A stretch of DNA of 56,893 nucleotides, counting the filler, from Platydemus manokwari (Eukaryota), in assembly GCA_037951405.1 (NCBI GenBank). It is 4 parts of 4 records of this genome, joined end to end, with 100 filler letters (N's around TTAATTAATTAA, not from the genome) between each part and the next. Parts side by side here need not be neighbours in the genome. Positions count along the whole stretch, not along the records: positions 33,229 to 44,450 come from JBBMOY010832200.1; positions 44,551 to 56,893 come from JBBMOY010178896.1; 2 more parts are not named here. The stretch is one strand, 5' to 3'. Below the pieces are notes generated by a model, which worked only from the letters and a program-made list of their open reading frames with translations, was not told where the DNA came from and did no database searches. Below are positions 37,247 to 51,151 of this stretch, piece after piece (position 1 is the stretch's first letter; every line of letters starts with the position of its first letter). The translations under genes and the position numbers were made by a program.

Positions 37247-40200
37247 ACTTTTATTAATACTGGAAGGAAGCTTTTTAAAATTATTTAAGGAAATGAATTA
37301 ATAAATTGCAAAATGTTTACATGTTAACTAGATGAACTTATATTGAGGAAAACTTAGAACGTCTAAGATTTATGTAGTGTAAAAGAATTGTTGTACCTAT
37401 TCTTTCTAAAGAAAATTAATTTCAAATACATATGATTTTATAGTTTAAAATGCGTACTTGTATGCAGAAAAACGAATTAGATAAAAAATAAGTTTAAGCT
37501 AATCATTGACAAAAATAAATTCAATGGTAAGAAAATATGAAACATAAATAGAAAATTATTGAATATAAAATATAATATTTAACTTTCGAACAGAGTCAAA
37601 GAATTAATGCAAGCATATTAGAAAAAAATTAATCCTTGCACGAGTTCAAATTAAAAAATTTAAATTGTTCATTTTAAGTCTCATTCAAACGAATTCTATC
37701 CCAAGAAGACTAGTTTTCATTAAATAAAGTGAATGTGGTAGGAAACAATTACTTAGACAGTGAATTAGGAATTCAAATAAAGAGAAAATTGGTTAGAAAC
37801 AAAATTTTAGGTTTTTTAGTTCGAACTCAATCGCGCTAATATGTATGAATCATTTTAATTGATGGTTTTAAAAACAAATTTCATATTATATAAAAGATTT
37901 AATATTCATAATATTTAATTCGAAATCCTATCAAAATCTCTTGAGAAATCTATTTCGGTCCTTTTAATAGATTTAAATTACACAAATTTAAAACTTCTTT
38001 TGTATCTCTGGGGTCTTGCTCTTAATCTTAAATTATCTGAGCTTGGTTGAAAATTATTTGTAAAGGAATCGTTGAGTTATTTAAAATACAAACTTTACTC
38101 ACTGATTATTCGTTATTTGAGTTTAACAATAACTGATTGGTCGATATACAAAAATCAACAATAGTAGTCGATTTTTATTTAGTCCAGAACATATAGAGTT
38201 AAAACTGCTTAACAATATGTTGAGTTCGTGAATTACATATCTTAATAAGTCGGGTTTTTTGATACAGTAAATTCTTTAATCACGCTCTTGTATATGATTC
38301 ATCAAGTAAGCTCGTTTCATACATTTTAAAACTTGTTTAAAAATTCAGTGACTACAAAATATATTGAAACGAATTTAGAATTTCATCACGTTTCAACAAT
38401 TTGCAAACTGTACAATTATCATAATAATTTAACTGATATTATTGTTAATTTCAACGGAAAACTGGAGAACAGTTTTAATACTGATGTTTCGATTAATTAA
38501 AATTCAGAATTTAGATACTCAATTTTTAAATATCGAACCTACTTACTAGTCATAAAAGATTATTCTCAAGCGCCAGGCTTTGAAATTAATCTTAATTTGT
38601 TCTTTAAACTCTTCTAATATTAGAAATGAAAAAATTTTGACGTTTACAAAGTTTAAGGTCACGTTTAGTTCACTAAGATCATTTCCGTAAATTTTATAGA
38701 CTTCTGAAGTAAGTACTACTTATAGTATAATGTTCTAATATTACATTAATATCTTCTTTTTTCTCAAATAATTCGACATTGCTGCACATGATAGTTCGGT
38801 TGAAGACTTTTATTCTCCATTTAGGTTTCCATCTGATATAACTACATGCAAAGAAATAGGGTTATTTTCGTCTATAGTTCGTCTGTGGTTCAAGTTATTG
38901 ATTCAATGTTTTATTAATTTAAGTATTTACAGCTTTCGATTGCACATGTAGTTCTATTGCATTGAATTTTTATTGAAATTAGCTATCATTCCACATGAAA
39001 TCGCATGGAAAAATTACAAACCACAATGATAATAAATTCAAGATTTATGATTTAGACCTCAGTGCAATCTATTTAAAAGTAGTTGATTACTTGAGATAAT
39101 CAACTAATACACACATCGCACATCTGTGTATTATTATATTTGGAATTATTATGGTATAAAATAGATAAAACAGCATATTCTAAGTGCCAATGGGGAAAGT
39201 TACCATTACTTCGGATGGGTTTGTTGAAATCTGGAGCGAATTATTATTATTATTATTATTCTATACCGATGGGTACTTAATATAATATTACCAGTCTATC
39301 GACATACAACCTGCTTAGAATGTCATTCAACAAACAAATTATCACTTTATCATTAAAAGATAGGACACTGTCAAAACAAAATGAGATACAAATTACTTTT
39401 ATGAAATTTTTGTGAAAATTGACAATTTTGTCATTGATTATTATCTACAAATTGGCACAAAAGTCATTTAAAGTTGGCTACTGATCAGGATGATATTCAA
39501 ACTTTATATTTATATATCAACTATTGACTCTGATTTTCAAATTAATGATTTGACAAGACTATGGTTCATTATATTAAGTCTTTGACAGTCTATGATAGAT
39601 TAAATTATGATGGCCGATTTGATTAAATCATGTACCCTTCATATTGAACTGAGTCTATCAACACAGTAATAAGATGATCAGAACTTTAAATGGACTTTGG
39701 TGAACATAATACTTGCCGATTATAAATAGTTAATAAGGAACATAGACAGAGATTTATTAACCTGTTAAAAAATCATAAATAAATTTAAATTTGAAAAAAT
39801 TTGATTTTATACACATAAAAATCGATTTGTAACAGTTCCGTCAGTATTGAAATAAACACGAGCTTAATCATTTTAAAAGACCTAATGAAAAAAATGGATT
39901 CCCTCTATATAATAACTATAGAAAGATGAATATAAAAATAAACTTTATCATGTTGATTTCTAATGGGGGTATTTTGTTAAAATTAATTCGAGCAAATTTA
40001 AAAATCATAAAGATAAAAGAATTAGAATAGACAAACATAGGATAGACAGCAATTGTGCTTAAATGATTTTATTTACCAAATTCTCGACTGAGTTCTCTCG
40101 TTCGATTTATACGTTAAAATTTTATGCTTAGAGTTAATGTGTCATTTTCCTTGATTTGCGAATGCATTTAAATACCATTGATTGTACTTTTTTTTAACCA

Positions 40201-40590
40201 ATTAGATTTAGTTACTCGTTCCTATGTTTATTTGACAGTTGTCATAACAATGTCTGCGTTGTTGTTACAACTAGTGAGTTACTGCATCAGTATGTCTGAA
40301 TGTTTTCGTTTCTATCAAAATTGCTTTAGTCAATGCTTTATTTTAAAAAAAAATTTTAATAAAATTTAATTAAATTATTATTTAAAAAATTATTAAAATT
40401 TGTATTTTTTAACCAATAAAATAAAATCCATAACACAACTATTAACGAAACAAAGTTTATTAAAAACAAAAGCAACAATTATAATTATATAAATCTCTTC
40501 TCACTACAAAGCAAAAAACTGATGGCATATATAAAGAGAAGAGATGATTTGAAGAGAAAAAAACGTCATGTAACAAGAATATCAGATTAT

Positions 40591-41260
40591 TTATTTAAGA
40601 TCACGAAAAAGCATAGATAAGATTGGATCATCTGAAGGTGCATCGGTAAAAATTATTCCCATGAATACGTTTTCTTTCCAAAGCGGATGGCTCAGCACTT
40701 TACAACATCCGAGATCTTGAATCTGTAGTCCGAAATTTCTAATTCTTGGATCAGTTTCAAACAACGTATCATTGGTGTGTTCTCCGTAAAACTTATTATG
40801 TGAAACAATAATCAACCTTTATGTGAAATCAACATACTGGAGATCCACTAAAGGGATCAATAAAATCAGCCCAGAATCCACATTTCGTTAGAGAATTACA
40901 AATCTCCATAGATGAACTCACAAACTACAATGATGAACAAATTCAATAACACTATATTCAGCTACTGATAAATGATTACAAGATTAGCGATTAATAATCG
41001 TTCATTACCCACTGCAGAATCCCAATTTGACATGTTTTCCTTGGTATGATGATTCAAACAGATGGCAGTAAACGGTGATTCTTCTGATTGAATATCGCGA
41101 CCGGGAAATAAATCCTTCAAATCTGCCATGATTCGAAAGAAAACGATTGCATTAGATTAAATAACAATAACCATATATATATTCATGGTAAAGCGACTAA
41201 TTTCGAACTTTTACCTAATAATACACCGTTATACAAACTAAAAGGCGATAGCAGCAGCAT
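40591..41260 (-). CDS. MMADHC: Cobalamin trafficking protein CblD homolog (5' end uncertain)
   Basis: Exons 41122-40980 (DLKDLFPGR...HHTKENMSNWDSAVGNER), 40924-40838 (FVSSSMEICNSLTKCGFWADFIDPFSGSP) and 40791-40591 (FYGEHTNDTLFETDPRIRNFGLQIQDLGCCKVLSHPLWKENVFMGIIFTDAP...*). WADFIDP, TLFETD and DLGCCKV are MMADHC signatures. Introns of 55 and 46 nt. Putative phase-compatible upstream exon 41260-41215 (MLLLSPFSLYNGVLL). Confidence 0.9.
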
Positions 41261-43502
41261 TGATTTTACATATAATGTTCTTGAAAAGTATTAGAACAAG
41301 CTCTTTCTAAATCAACACAAAAACCAAACATGCACATGTTTATACGAAATATAAATTCAAAATATAATTCAATTTCAAATATTATTATAGGCATTATAAT
41401 TTGGTAATTATATTAATTTCCAGTCTTAATTTTAATCGAAATGCTGAATAAGAAGAATGTTGATTCCGTGAATTGTCTGTAAAAATTTCTCACTATCTCA
41501 ATAAATTTAATAAAATACAAGTAGAAATTAAAAAGTATCGATTTTTGAAATAACACAGCCAATCATTAGTAAGAGAAGTTTTTGAATTCTTTTATAATTG
41601 CGACGAAATCTAAGCGTGTAATCATGATAAATCATTAATTGAATTTAATCAAAACTAAGTCAAAAAATAAATAAAAATTGCGTTCGTTTTTATTTTCATA
41701 TTCATGAACAGAGATTATATTTTTTGCTTTTCTATTTGACAGGATGTTTTTATTTATCATTTTAAATTTAAGAAATATTAAAGATTAATTCGTGAGATCA
41801 TTAATTTTGTACCAGATATCAATAACTCTATGTTTTATGATTCTTAGAATACTTAGACCACACAAGTATCAAATTAAGAGTACTCGACGCATTCTTGTAT
41901 TTATCAATCTATTTTTAGATCCTGAAATGTAATTGGTCGTTTCATTATATTAACCATTAAAAGCGACTCATGAAATTTTAAGGATGACTGCAAATATTCG
42001 TCGAGAAATGTTTTACTTTTCCCATTGTGTCAGTACACGGTTGTATCGGATGAAATATAGATTTTAAAATGATTCAATCGATAAACAATTCTCAAAATTT
42101 AGTTACTAAAGATTGTGTATACTAATAATGATGTAACCAAATTTCAGAAGAAAAATGTATAAGCCCTTAAAAAATTTCTCCAATGGGTGATTATCAGTAT
42201 CACTTGAGACCAATGGAATGCGCGAAAAGTATTTCTATTTTTGATGGAAACTATCACCTCTGATAACTAATGCATACACAGAATTGACTTTTGAGATATT
42301 ACATCCGCAATCTGCATCTTTGCTTCAGAACATCACACTTATCAATAAAATCAGTATAATAAGAGATTTATTTATTTAAATAAAGTAACACAGGAACATA
42401 TCTCTAAAGTACTCGAGGGCATAGTTTTAGATTTAATGGAGTCTCAATAACTAAAAAAAGTGCTGTAGGGAATCTAAAATAAAAAATTAATAAATTCCAT
42501 TCAAAGGAAAATTACAGAGTATGACATTTAAATGTCACTTATGGAATTCCAATAAAGGTTGAAAGTCTTCCTGTCACCAAATGTTGCGACCAGAAGTATG
42601 CGGGGTACTGTGCGCAATACTGCCAAATAAAGTATAAGGGAGCAGTAAAACCATAAAAAGAAAAGTAAATGGACAGAATTGACAAACATTTTCAAATTTT
42701 AGCTAAAAATGGATAATTTTTTTATTGAAAATTTTGATATCCATAATAGATTTGCAACAACTCCCAGACAGTTAACCATGTACCAAACATATAAGTGAAA
42801 ACTTGCTAAAACACTTTTTGCCGCCCACACCATTAAAAACTGATCAATTTCCTTTGGAGTAGTGTCGATAACATTAGCCTCGATCCAAGAATTTTGCAGC
42901 CATTCTTTAGACCTAGACAACATGTCGTTTTAAAAATCATAACAGCGCATTTGAATTGAATTTATTTATTGTATTTATGTGTGTGTATAATTTAAGGAAT
43001 TGGTTTGCATTATTAATAAACCTTCGTTGAATATTTCTCAATGATTTTACACACAACCAATAATTTAAGAGAGATCAGATGACCAATAGGAAAATCCAAA
43101 TCCCCAATAAATCGAATCAGCCTGTAACCAAACTCAAGTCAAACCTCACCAATACCAGTGATTAATATGAACAAATAATTCACATAAAATTAAAATCAAA
43201 ATTAATAACGTACTAATTGAATAAACCATCATTCTCACGAAAGAAAATTTTCAAAGACAATTTTACTTTCAGTTTAAGAAATCAAGAACAAAATTTCACT
43301 TCTCTTCGAATATGATAACAAACTTAAATCATGATAAAAATTGCTATCTAAATTGCATTTAAGTTTCAAGTTTCGTATTCTGTACTCAGACAATTAATGG
43401 GAAAATTATTTTCCTTGAAAATTCCATTATTTAATGCATATGAGAGCAAACAATTCGTTTTTAATTATTTAGAATTAACGATTATCAAGCTATGCTCATT
43501 TG

Positions 43503-44065
43503 AAATGTTTCATCTAGCAAAAAATTGAGTGTAACGCATTTATATTGTTATTTATTTTTAATACGATCTCGATTATTCTGGAACCACTAAACAAGTGTTC
43601 TAGTTAGAATATCGTTCAAAGCATCGTCTATAAAATATATCATATTCGGAAGCAGGTTAAAAACTACTTACTAAATAAAGTTATATTATTGATATGTGGC
43701 AAACATAATGGATGCAAATACAGCGAAAAAAGGGGCTTGGCTGTAGAACATAGAAAAGATCAAATTGTTTTCTAACAACACAAATGTTTTCCAATAGGCA
43801 GTAATATCATCAATTGGTGAATTAGCTTGCACTATATGTCCGCAGTCACTCAGATAAGATTGGTGAGAATCCAATTGGCTGCGTAGCAAGAAATGTTTCA
43901 TTTAGCAAAAAAAATTGAGTGCAACACATTTATATTGTTATTTATTTTTAATACGATCTAGATTATTCTGGAACCACTAAACAAGTGTACTAGTGAGAAT
44001 ATCGTTCAAAGCATCGCCTATAAAATATATCATATTCGGTAGCAATTTAGAAACTACTTATTAAA
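43503..44065. repeat. ~173-nt direct repeats (43503-43675, 43891-44065) separated by ~215 nt
   Basis: aaatgtttcat.tagcaaaaaa..ttgagtg...gattattctggaaccactaaacaagtgt...aaagcatcg.ctataaaatatatcatattcgg...aaactactta repeated with few substitutions. Confidence 0.9.
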
Positions 44066-44450
44066 ACTACTATTATTTAAAAAGAAAAGCTTAATACGAA
44101 TAAGTAGTATAAACCAACATTCGTTTATTTATTAAGATATAAATGATATAAATTGAATACGTGTTTATCATTTTTTAAACAACTGGAAACACATTTCACA
44201 AAATATGGAATTAAAAGTATTTCGCTGGTAAGAAGTTAGGACTCATCACAATTAAGGTGTATAATTCATCAATAAATCTCTGATGTTTGAAACGAAACAA
44301 TGTCTTTTTTAAATAAGTAATGTGAATATAATATATTCAAATATTAACCAATACATTTAAACCGGTCTAACAGTTCCCAGCATTTCTAAACATTCAAAAT
44401 TACTTTATATAAATAAATAATATTAAGAAAATTAATTTTTCTTTTAGTCT

Positions 44451-44550
44451 NNNNNNNNNNNNNNNNNNNNNNNNNNNNNNNNNNNNNNNNNNNNTTAATT
44501 AATTAANNNNNNNNNNNNNNNNNNNNNNNNNNNNNNNNNNNNNNNNNNNN
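44451..44550. other. Artificial contig linker
   Basis: 44 N + TTAATTAATTAA + 44 N. Confidence 0.95.
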
Positions 44551-44599
44551 TAATTATATCTTATTTCAGTGCGTTATTGTTATTTATTATTATATTGCT

Positions 44600-46630
44600 A
44601 TTTACATTATAAACTACTTCTATCGAAAGTAACCAATCGTTTGGAGTCCGATTGGAATCGACGAACACATTAGATAAGTAAAGCGCAACCAACTAAAACC
44701 AATAATAACAAACCTCTATATCATAAAAACCAATACCAACATACAAGTGATCCCCACTGGATTTATCAAAAACTGGCGAAACCTCCTCATGCAATGTCAC
44801 AAAATATAGAAAATCTGGGGACAACCTCGCCCTATTTTCTCAACTCATAAGCTATATCGGATCATTGACATGCTGCTGTGGAATATGTACCAAAACAACC
44901 AAGGATTACAACGAGCACTTCTCACCGACTCCATCAGGCCGAAATCCAACTTATGCACCGAGAAACAGAAACGTTACAAAAATATAAGAAGATCAACTCC
45001 ATGATTGATCAACTATTGTGCAACTGCGCACAATGCTGCTACAAATATATGAAAACCTTCAGCTCACTCGAAGCTTTCAAATCCAATGTATATCCCTTCA
45101 AACTGGACATTTGCGTCGTTATCACAAGCACAGCGCGCAACATTGAACTGCTAACTTCGTTCAATGCACTGCAGTATATGAAATGTGGATGCACCGATTG
45201 TACTCACTTATTCAACACGGCAATCTCCCCATTAATCTCAGCTAATCACTTAACTGAATTACCTACAAGCGAAATTCTATCCAGGAATCCAACACCCAAA
45301 AAAATAATCAAAACAGCATCCCAAATCAAGTTCAACCCGGCAATTGAAGATTCAGCCCACTAGCTCCTTCATATCGCAGTCCGCCTAGTGTTCTCCTGCC
45401 AATCATATTACCGATCAGCTCTAGACAAATTTATAATTCTCGCAAATGGTTTGAGAAACTTTGGAAAATTCTTCTACCTTAATGCACCCAACAACCGAAC
45501 AGATATTAGCAACAACATAATACAAACCAACAGCGAAAACAATTAATACCACTGTGCAATTTGAAAAATATCAAAATGAACCTATGACAATTGAACTCAA
45601 AAGCCGCAGGCTTACAGAACAAGAAACTGAGCCCTTCGAAGAAATCTTAATCGATAATGACATCGATGACATCGTCTTTACCCAATCATCAGATAGCTTG
45701 ATAGATTCACCATTCACCCTTTCAGACTCTGAAGAAAACTTAATATAAACTATTGAAATCACAACAACAACTACAAGCGCCCGACTAGGTCAAATTCAAC
45801 TAACCCAATTCCTTTCTAATCTTTATGGAGGTGCACCCAGACAAATGCATATATGACTCTATCAGATAAAAAAAATACCAAGTGTAACCTGTGCCCAAAA
45901 ATTTACAGGTTCCCACTTGCGAACATCATAATTGTTCCGAAGCATTTCAGCCAAACTCACAACATCAACTTTCAAACGGAATTTGCTGTCCAATGCTACT
46001 GCGGATACATTGAACCAGTAACTGGATTTAAATACCACTTGGAGAGTCACAAGCCACAAACAAACAGCGCAAAAACACCGATATTGATGCCTTACTCCTC
46101 ATAACTGAGAATCTAACTTCGAAATAACTATCAAGCGCTGCCATTGAAGCCCATCTGATCAACAAAATCTCAGATAAATAATGACTAACAATCATTTTAC
46201 AATTGTTTCAAGTTCCAGAAGCTGGCAACATGGAAAAGCGCATTTTGGTTAATCCACTGGAACAACTGCCATTGGAACCTGTACATAGTCGCCCGCGACA
46301 AAGAATGATCTTACTTCATCGATCCAGCAACGAGGCATCTCTCCCCAGCCTAAAAGTCTCTATGGAACAAACTGGACTCAATACTACAAAATCTAATTGC
46401 AATCAAAGAACCAATCAATCTGAAACAATCAACTTTAGATGAACTTCCACTTCCACTAAACTCACCGGACTGTGGCCTCTTCGTGATACAACACATACTG
46501 GACTATGCAAACAAATGTCCGGTATTCCACACCCTAGTCATATCTCAGCTTCGAAATGACATCAACATCATCCAAAGAATTTCGACAAGAATACTCATCG
46601 GAAGAAGCGAAAATGTACATACTGTAAATT
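44600..46630 (+). mobile_element. Decayed TE fragment with C2H2 zinc fingers and Ulp1-like (C48) cysteine protease, NeSL-clade non-LTR-like
   Basis: C/A-rich, GC-elevated, intron-free, frameshifted coding sequence. Zinc fingers CNLC...HFSQTH and CYC...HLESH (45853-46104). Ulp1 motifs in order: *LSSAAIEAHL (W-L-x-D-x-x-I equivalent), HWNNCHWNLYIV (His, 46270), YFIDP (Asp), PLPLNSPDCGLFVIQH (Cys, 46471). Confidence 0.65.
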
Positions 46631-48599
46631 GATGTGAGAACATGTGCCACCGATTCTTGAAGAATTTTATGTTTATACTGAATACATTTTAGTTTTTTTC
46701 ATGATATTATATTTTTCATTTATTTTTGCGAAATAATTTTTATATTTGTTCGGATTTTTAGCGATATATTAAGAGACTTTCAAAACATTCGTTTTCATTA
46801 ATTATTCTATTAATTGCAAAATAAATATCCATGTTGAACATAAATACAAAAATCAAAAAAGTATACACAGATAAAAAATAAACAATTTTATTCAATTCGT
46901 TTCTATTTTCTGAAAAAATTGTAAAAATATAGACGATTAAAGCGTATTTTTCAATTCAATTAATTCTACAACTTAACTCTATTCAATTCTTAAACCAAAA
47001 TGTCATTCCGAGATTCACTTATTCAATTTAAAATCGAATCTGAAAAAGAATAATTAGCAAAAATCAAAAAGACATACTTGTAAAAAAGTTATGAAAATTA
47101 TTTCCAACAATGAATGTTATTTTAATTAATTAATTTTGTTCAATTGATTAAATAATTATCGGTAAATATAATAATCGATGATAAAAAATTTACAGACGAA
47201 GTAGAAACCAAAAATGGATTATAAGAAACTGATCTGTTGGGTTTATGGCTTTTTATGTCTTTGGATACTTAAATCTTAACAAAAATGATCTAAATTAATA
47301 TGATATTATTAATTTGATAACCCAACACTATTGAGATCTTTTATTTATAGTATACCTGACTCCGAAAGATGTATGTATAAATTTATGAACAAATCTAGCT
47401 AATAGATAACAAATAAAATAAATAGAATTAATAACAAATAATATAAATGAAATTACAATTGAATTAACAATCTTTACAGATGTCTTAATAATAATGATTG
47501 ATAATAAATAATTTATTAATACTTTAACAAATAACCTGGGGATTAAGGGCAGCGACTTTAAGTTGTCAGCTTTTCATTATTCTGATAGACTCTTCTGATA
47601 GAGTCGTGGTTCTATTTGAGTTCTTATGGCCTTCCACGTAAGAATCCTTTGTGATTTAGTCGGTGGTCGGGCATAATGGCACCATAACTACTACATTAGA
47701 TTTGTTTGCAAATTTGTTTTAATTTTCTAGTTGAACTGAATACAAGCTAGAATTTGTATGTAAGGAAGTAACAATATAAAAGAAAAGTAACTGTTAGGAT
47801 TGAATAAAATATTTAAATCAACAACTTGAATAAGATGAATTCATGAAAATAACTACTTTAAAGATAATTATGATTTCACGAATTGAGAATTAGTTGAATT
47901 AGCACTTTCTTACTCTATCGATGGTTTGTCCGTTATTGTTCTAGAACCTAAATATAGATATATTTAGTCTCAACGGATAATTAGTCTTTCACGAATCAAC
48001 AAGAATGATTTTCTCTGAATGATTTACTCTGAATTTCTATAAGTTGTTCTCACTTTCTAATTTTTGGGAAAATCGTGTTTATTTTTATTTGAGAATACCA
48101 AACATGGATAATTTCATATAATTCCACCACGTTGCTATGCTTGCTACCTCTCCAATCTTTCTATTTGTATTCTGATAGTATTACCCATTCACGTTTTTAA
48201 TTGGGGACCAATTTTTTGTTGAATTTAAAAAACTGAAGCTATATAATTTGTGCGTATAATAAATTTCTTCCAAAACAGATGTTGTCTGAAATGCTTAACG
48301 AATTTGCGAATGACCAAAAGGTCATTCGCTTTTCATGTATTTCCTATCTAGTCAAAAGCTATGATTTGTAAACGATCACTACTTTCAATATATCTTCTAT
48401 AATGTGACCCAGTACTGCAGCATTACTCCGAAACTTTTCATTTCTTCATTCTTTCTATATATCACCTCATTTCTCTAAAAATTTCATTTATTGTAATCAT
48501 CACTTCTTATTGAACAAACTCCACTGATAAAACATAAGGAACAATCCTGCCCAAGCAGTTTTGAGTAGAGACGAAATCTTGCAAAAGAAAAATGATTTT

Positions 48600-48835
48600 G
48601 CACCTTGGAACCCTTTTTTTTAACGCATAAAGCACTTACATGCCTACACATGCATGACAATCAACCAATCACGAGTAATTAGATGGAATATAAAAATTTG
48701 AAAAAGTGACATAATCACACAGTGACACATACGTAGCAACTGAACAATTCCGCGTATACAAAAACCAATAAGTCTAACAGAAACCTGAGAAATTAAAGAT
48801 CACATCAAAATGTGATACAAAATTTCCACATAAAT
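48600..48835. repeat. Dispersed repeat family B, copy 2
   Basis: Colinear with 1538-1785. Confidence 0.65.
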
Positions 48836-51151
48836 CTAAAATTTTGGTCAATTTGTCGCAGTTGGGTTTTGAAATAATGAACTTTTCTTAATGAGAACGA
48901 TTGTGGTCTGATCACAATGTTAGTCTGAATTGGATTTCGTAATAAACGATTGTTATAGGACAACAATAATTCGTTTAATAAGCTTTTGTAATATGATTTT
49001 TCAATTGATGTGAAACATGAATGGCTCCCTTTTAAAAACATCTAATAAAATTTTAGGATATTCAAGCATTTACTTAATTTATTAAATAACATTTTATCTT
49101 GCTATTTTTGGAACACGGTAGTTAACTATTCGATCTATTGACGTGGCTTGATACAACATATCAAGGTATTTGAATTGCACTTCCTAATAGCCGAGTGCTA
49201 TAAAATAGTTAATTGTGGATAGAGTTTTATTGCAATTTAGTTTTCAATTATTTATTCGTATACATGATTTTTATCATAATGTTAATTTTACTACTACAGC
49301 AAGATCAACTGGTAGTTCAAATCTGGCTCTGTTTTACTACCAGGTTCTGATTGAAAAGAAGATTGAGTTTTATTATATTTTTTATAAAAACAATTTACAC
49401 ATTTTAAAATTATGGACAGAGGAACAATCCTTAACTATTATCAAGTTAAAATAAAGAACTGGTCCATGTTCAAGTTTGAACTGCCAATTACTGTCTCCCT
49501 CCAGCAATATATCTTTGTAAAATATCGTGCTATACCTTATAACGCTTTCTCTTTAAAATACTTTTATTACCTTTCCAGTGGTCATCCCGGCGCTAATAAC
49601 TACCTTTAATAGAGAGTATTAAATTAAACTCAGTTATGATTGCTGTTTCTCGTTAAGTTTTTGAAATGGCAAATACTACTAGTTTTTAAGTGTTTTTATC
49701 CAGCATATGAGAGTTCAGAATGAGAAAATGGTAAGCCTTTATCCTTATATTTAGTTTCTAGATCAATGTTTGAAAATTAGGACCCAATAACCAAGGCTGC
49801 TCCAACATCTTGGACGATAAAATGGGTAAGTGACCTCTACTCTTTCATTCATTCTTTTTCTTTTCAAATTGGATTACTCGTCCAATCATCTAACTTTAAT
49901 GTTCTATTCTTAGGGGATACTGTTAAACATCTTTCAAGCCAGATAATTAACCTCATCTTAATTACTCATCTTAAAATTTAAGTATCTAACATTTTCTCGT
50001 CATATTAATCGAAATCTTATAATTCTTTATAGAGATAAATAACCATGTTAACCATTGCCTATTCTAATACACATCTAATACTATCATAAGCAATAAATAA
50101 AAGTTTGAAAATATTCCTTTTTATTGATGATCGTCTGGATTCTAATACTTTAATATTATTTAATTTCGTAACACTGAAATATGAAAGTTGAATATCTAAC
50201 ATAAACGTTGATTAATCGATGTATATTTGTATTTGTGTTTAAGAGTAAATTAATTTCATTCTTTATAAACATTAGCAAAACTTGTCTAAGGATGACGGAG
50301 CTGGTGCGAGATATAAACTATTTTTATTATGAAATAAAAATTTTCCGGTACGCATTTTATAGAAATTCATGTAGTTAGAACAGTATTGCAAGACATAAAA
50401 TGAGAATTACTTGGCAGAGATATTCACTAATACCCAACTACCCTTAAGTTATGTAATCACACTACTTATTCTTTCATCTCTTTTCTTAGTATTTCCTCAT
50501 GATACATGGTTGAAAATATCTTACCTTTATAGCTAAAATTACTGGGTTTCATTGGATTACTTTAAGTAGCTATTACTGTTTCCAAGAATACAGTTTCGTT
50601 GAGAATTGATGTATCTAATAAGATACGTTAAAACATTATTCTAATAAAGTATTTTACATTTCACAGATTTTTGAAGAGACTATTAAAGTCCCTCCAAGTT
50701 TTTGATTGTAAATTAATCTTTAATAAAGTACCTTTCTTTGTAATTTGTCGAGTTTCCAATTAACTAAATCTAATTTTTTGATTATTTCAATTTTTCATAT
50801 ATTAATTTTTCATTGTCTTTAACAATAGGAAAATTTAATAAAAGAAAATTAAATAACATTTTTGAATATTTTCATACCTTTTATGAATTGTTATTGCTTA
50901 ACTATTTGCTTATTAATAAATTATGAAATTTAATTTTAAACTTAAAAATTTTAAAATTATAACGAAAACAAATAATTTTTAAAATGTTTCTTATTACAAT
51001 ATTTGATCATCTTTATGGAAATTGTAAAAAAGTTTTTCTCATAAAAATAAAAATCTTCATTCAAATTACATTAACATCAATTATGAAATTAAATTTTGTG
51101 TTGCATGGTTTAAATTCTTCATTTTCATCACAAAATATCTGACATATTTTA

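Noticed and set aside
47540-47700. tRNA or SINE-like GC-richer patch (also near 14700 and 54655)
   Set aside because: Only partial B-box-like strings; no cloverleaf or A/B-box spacing can be supported.
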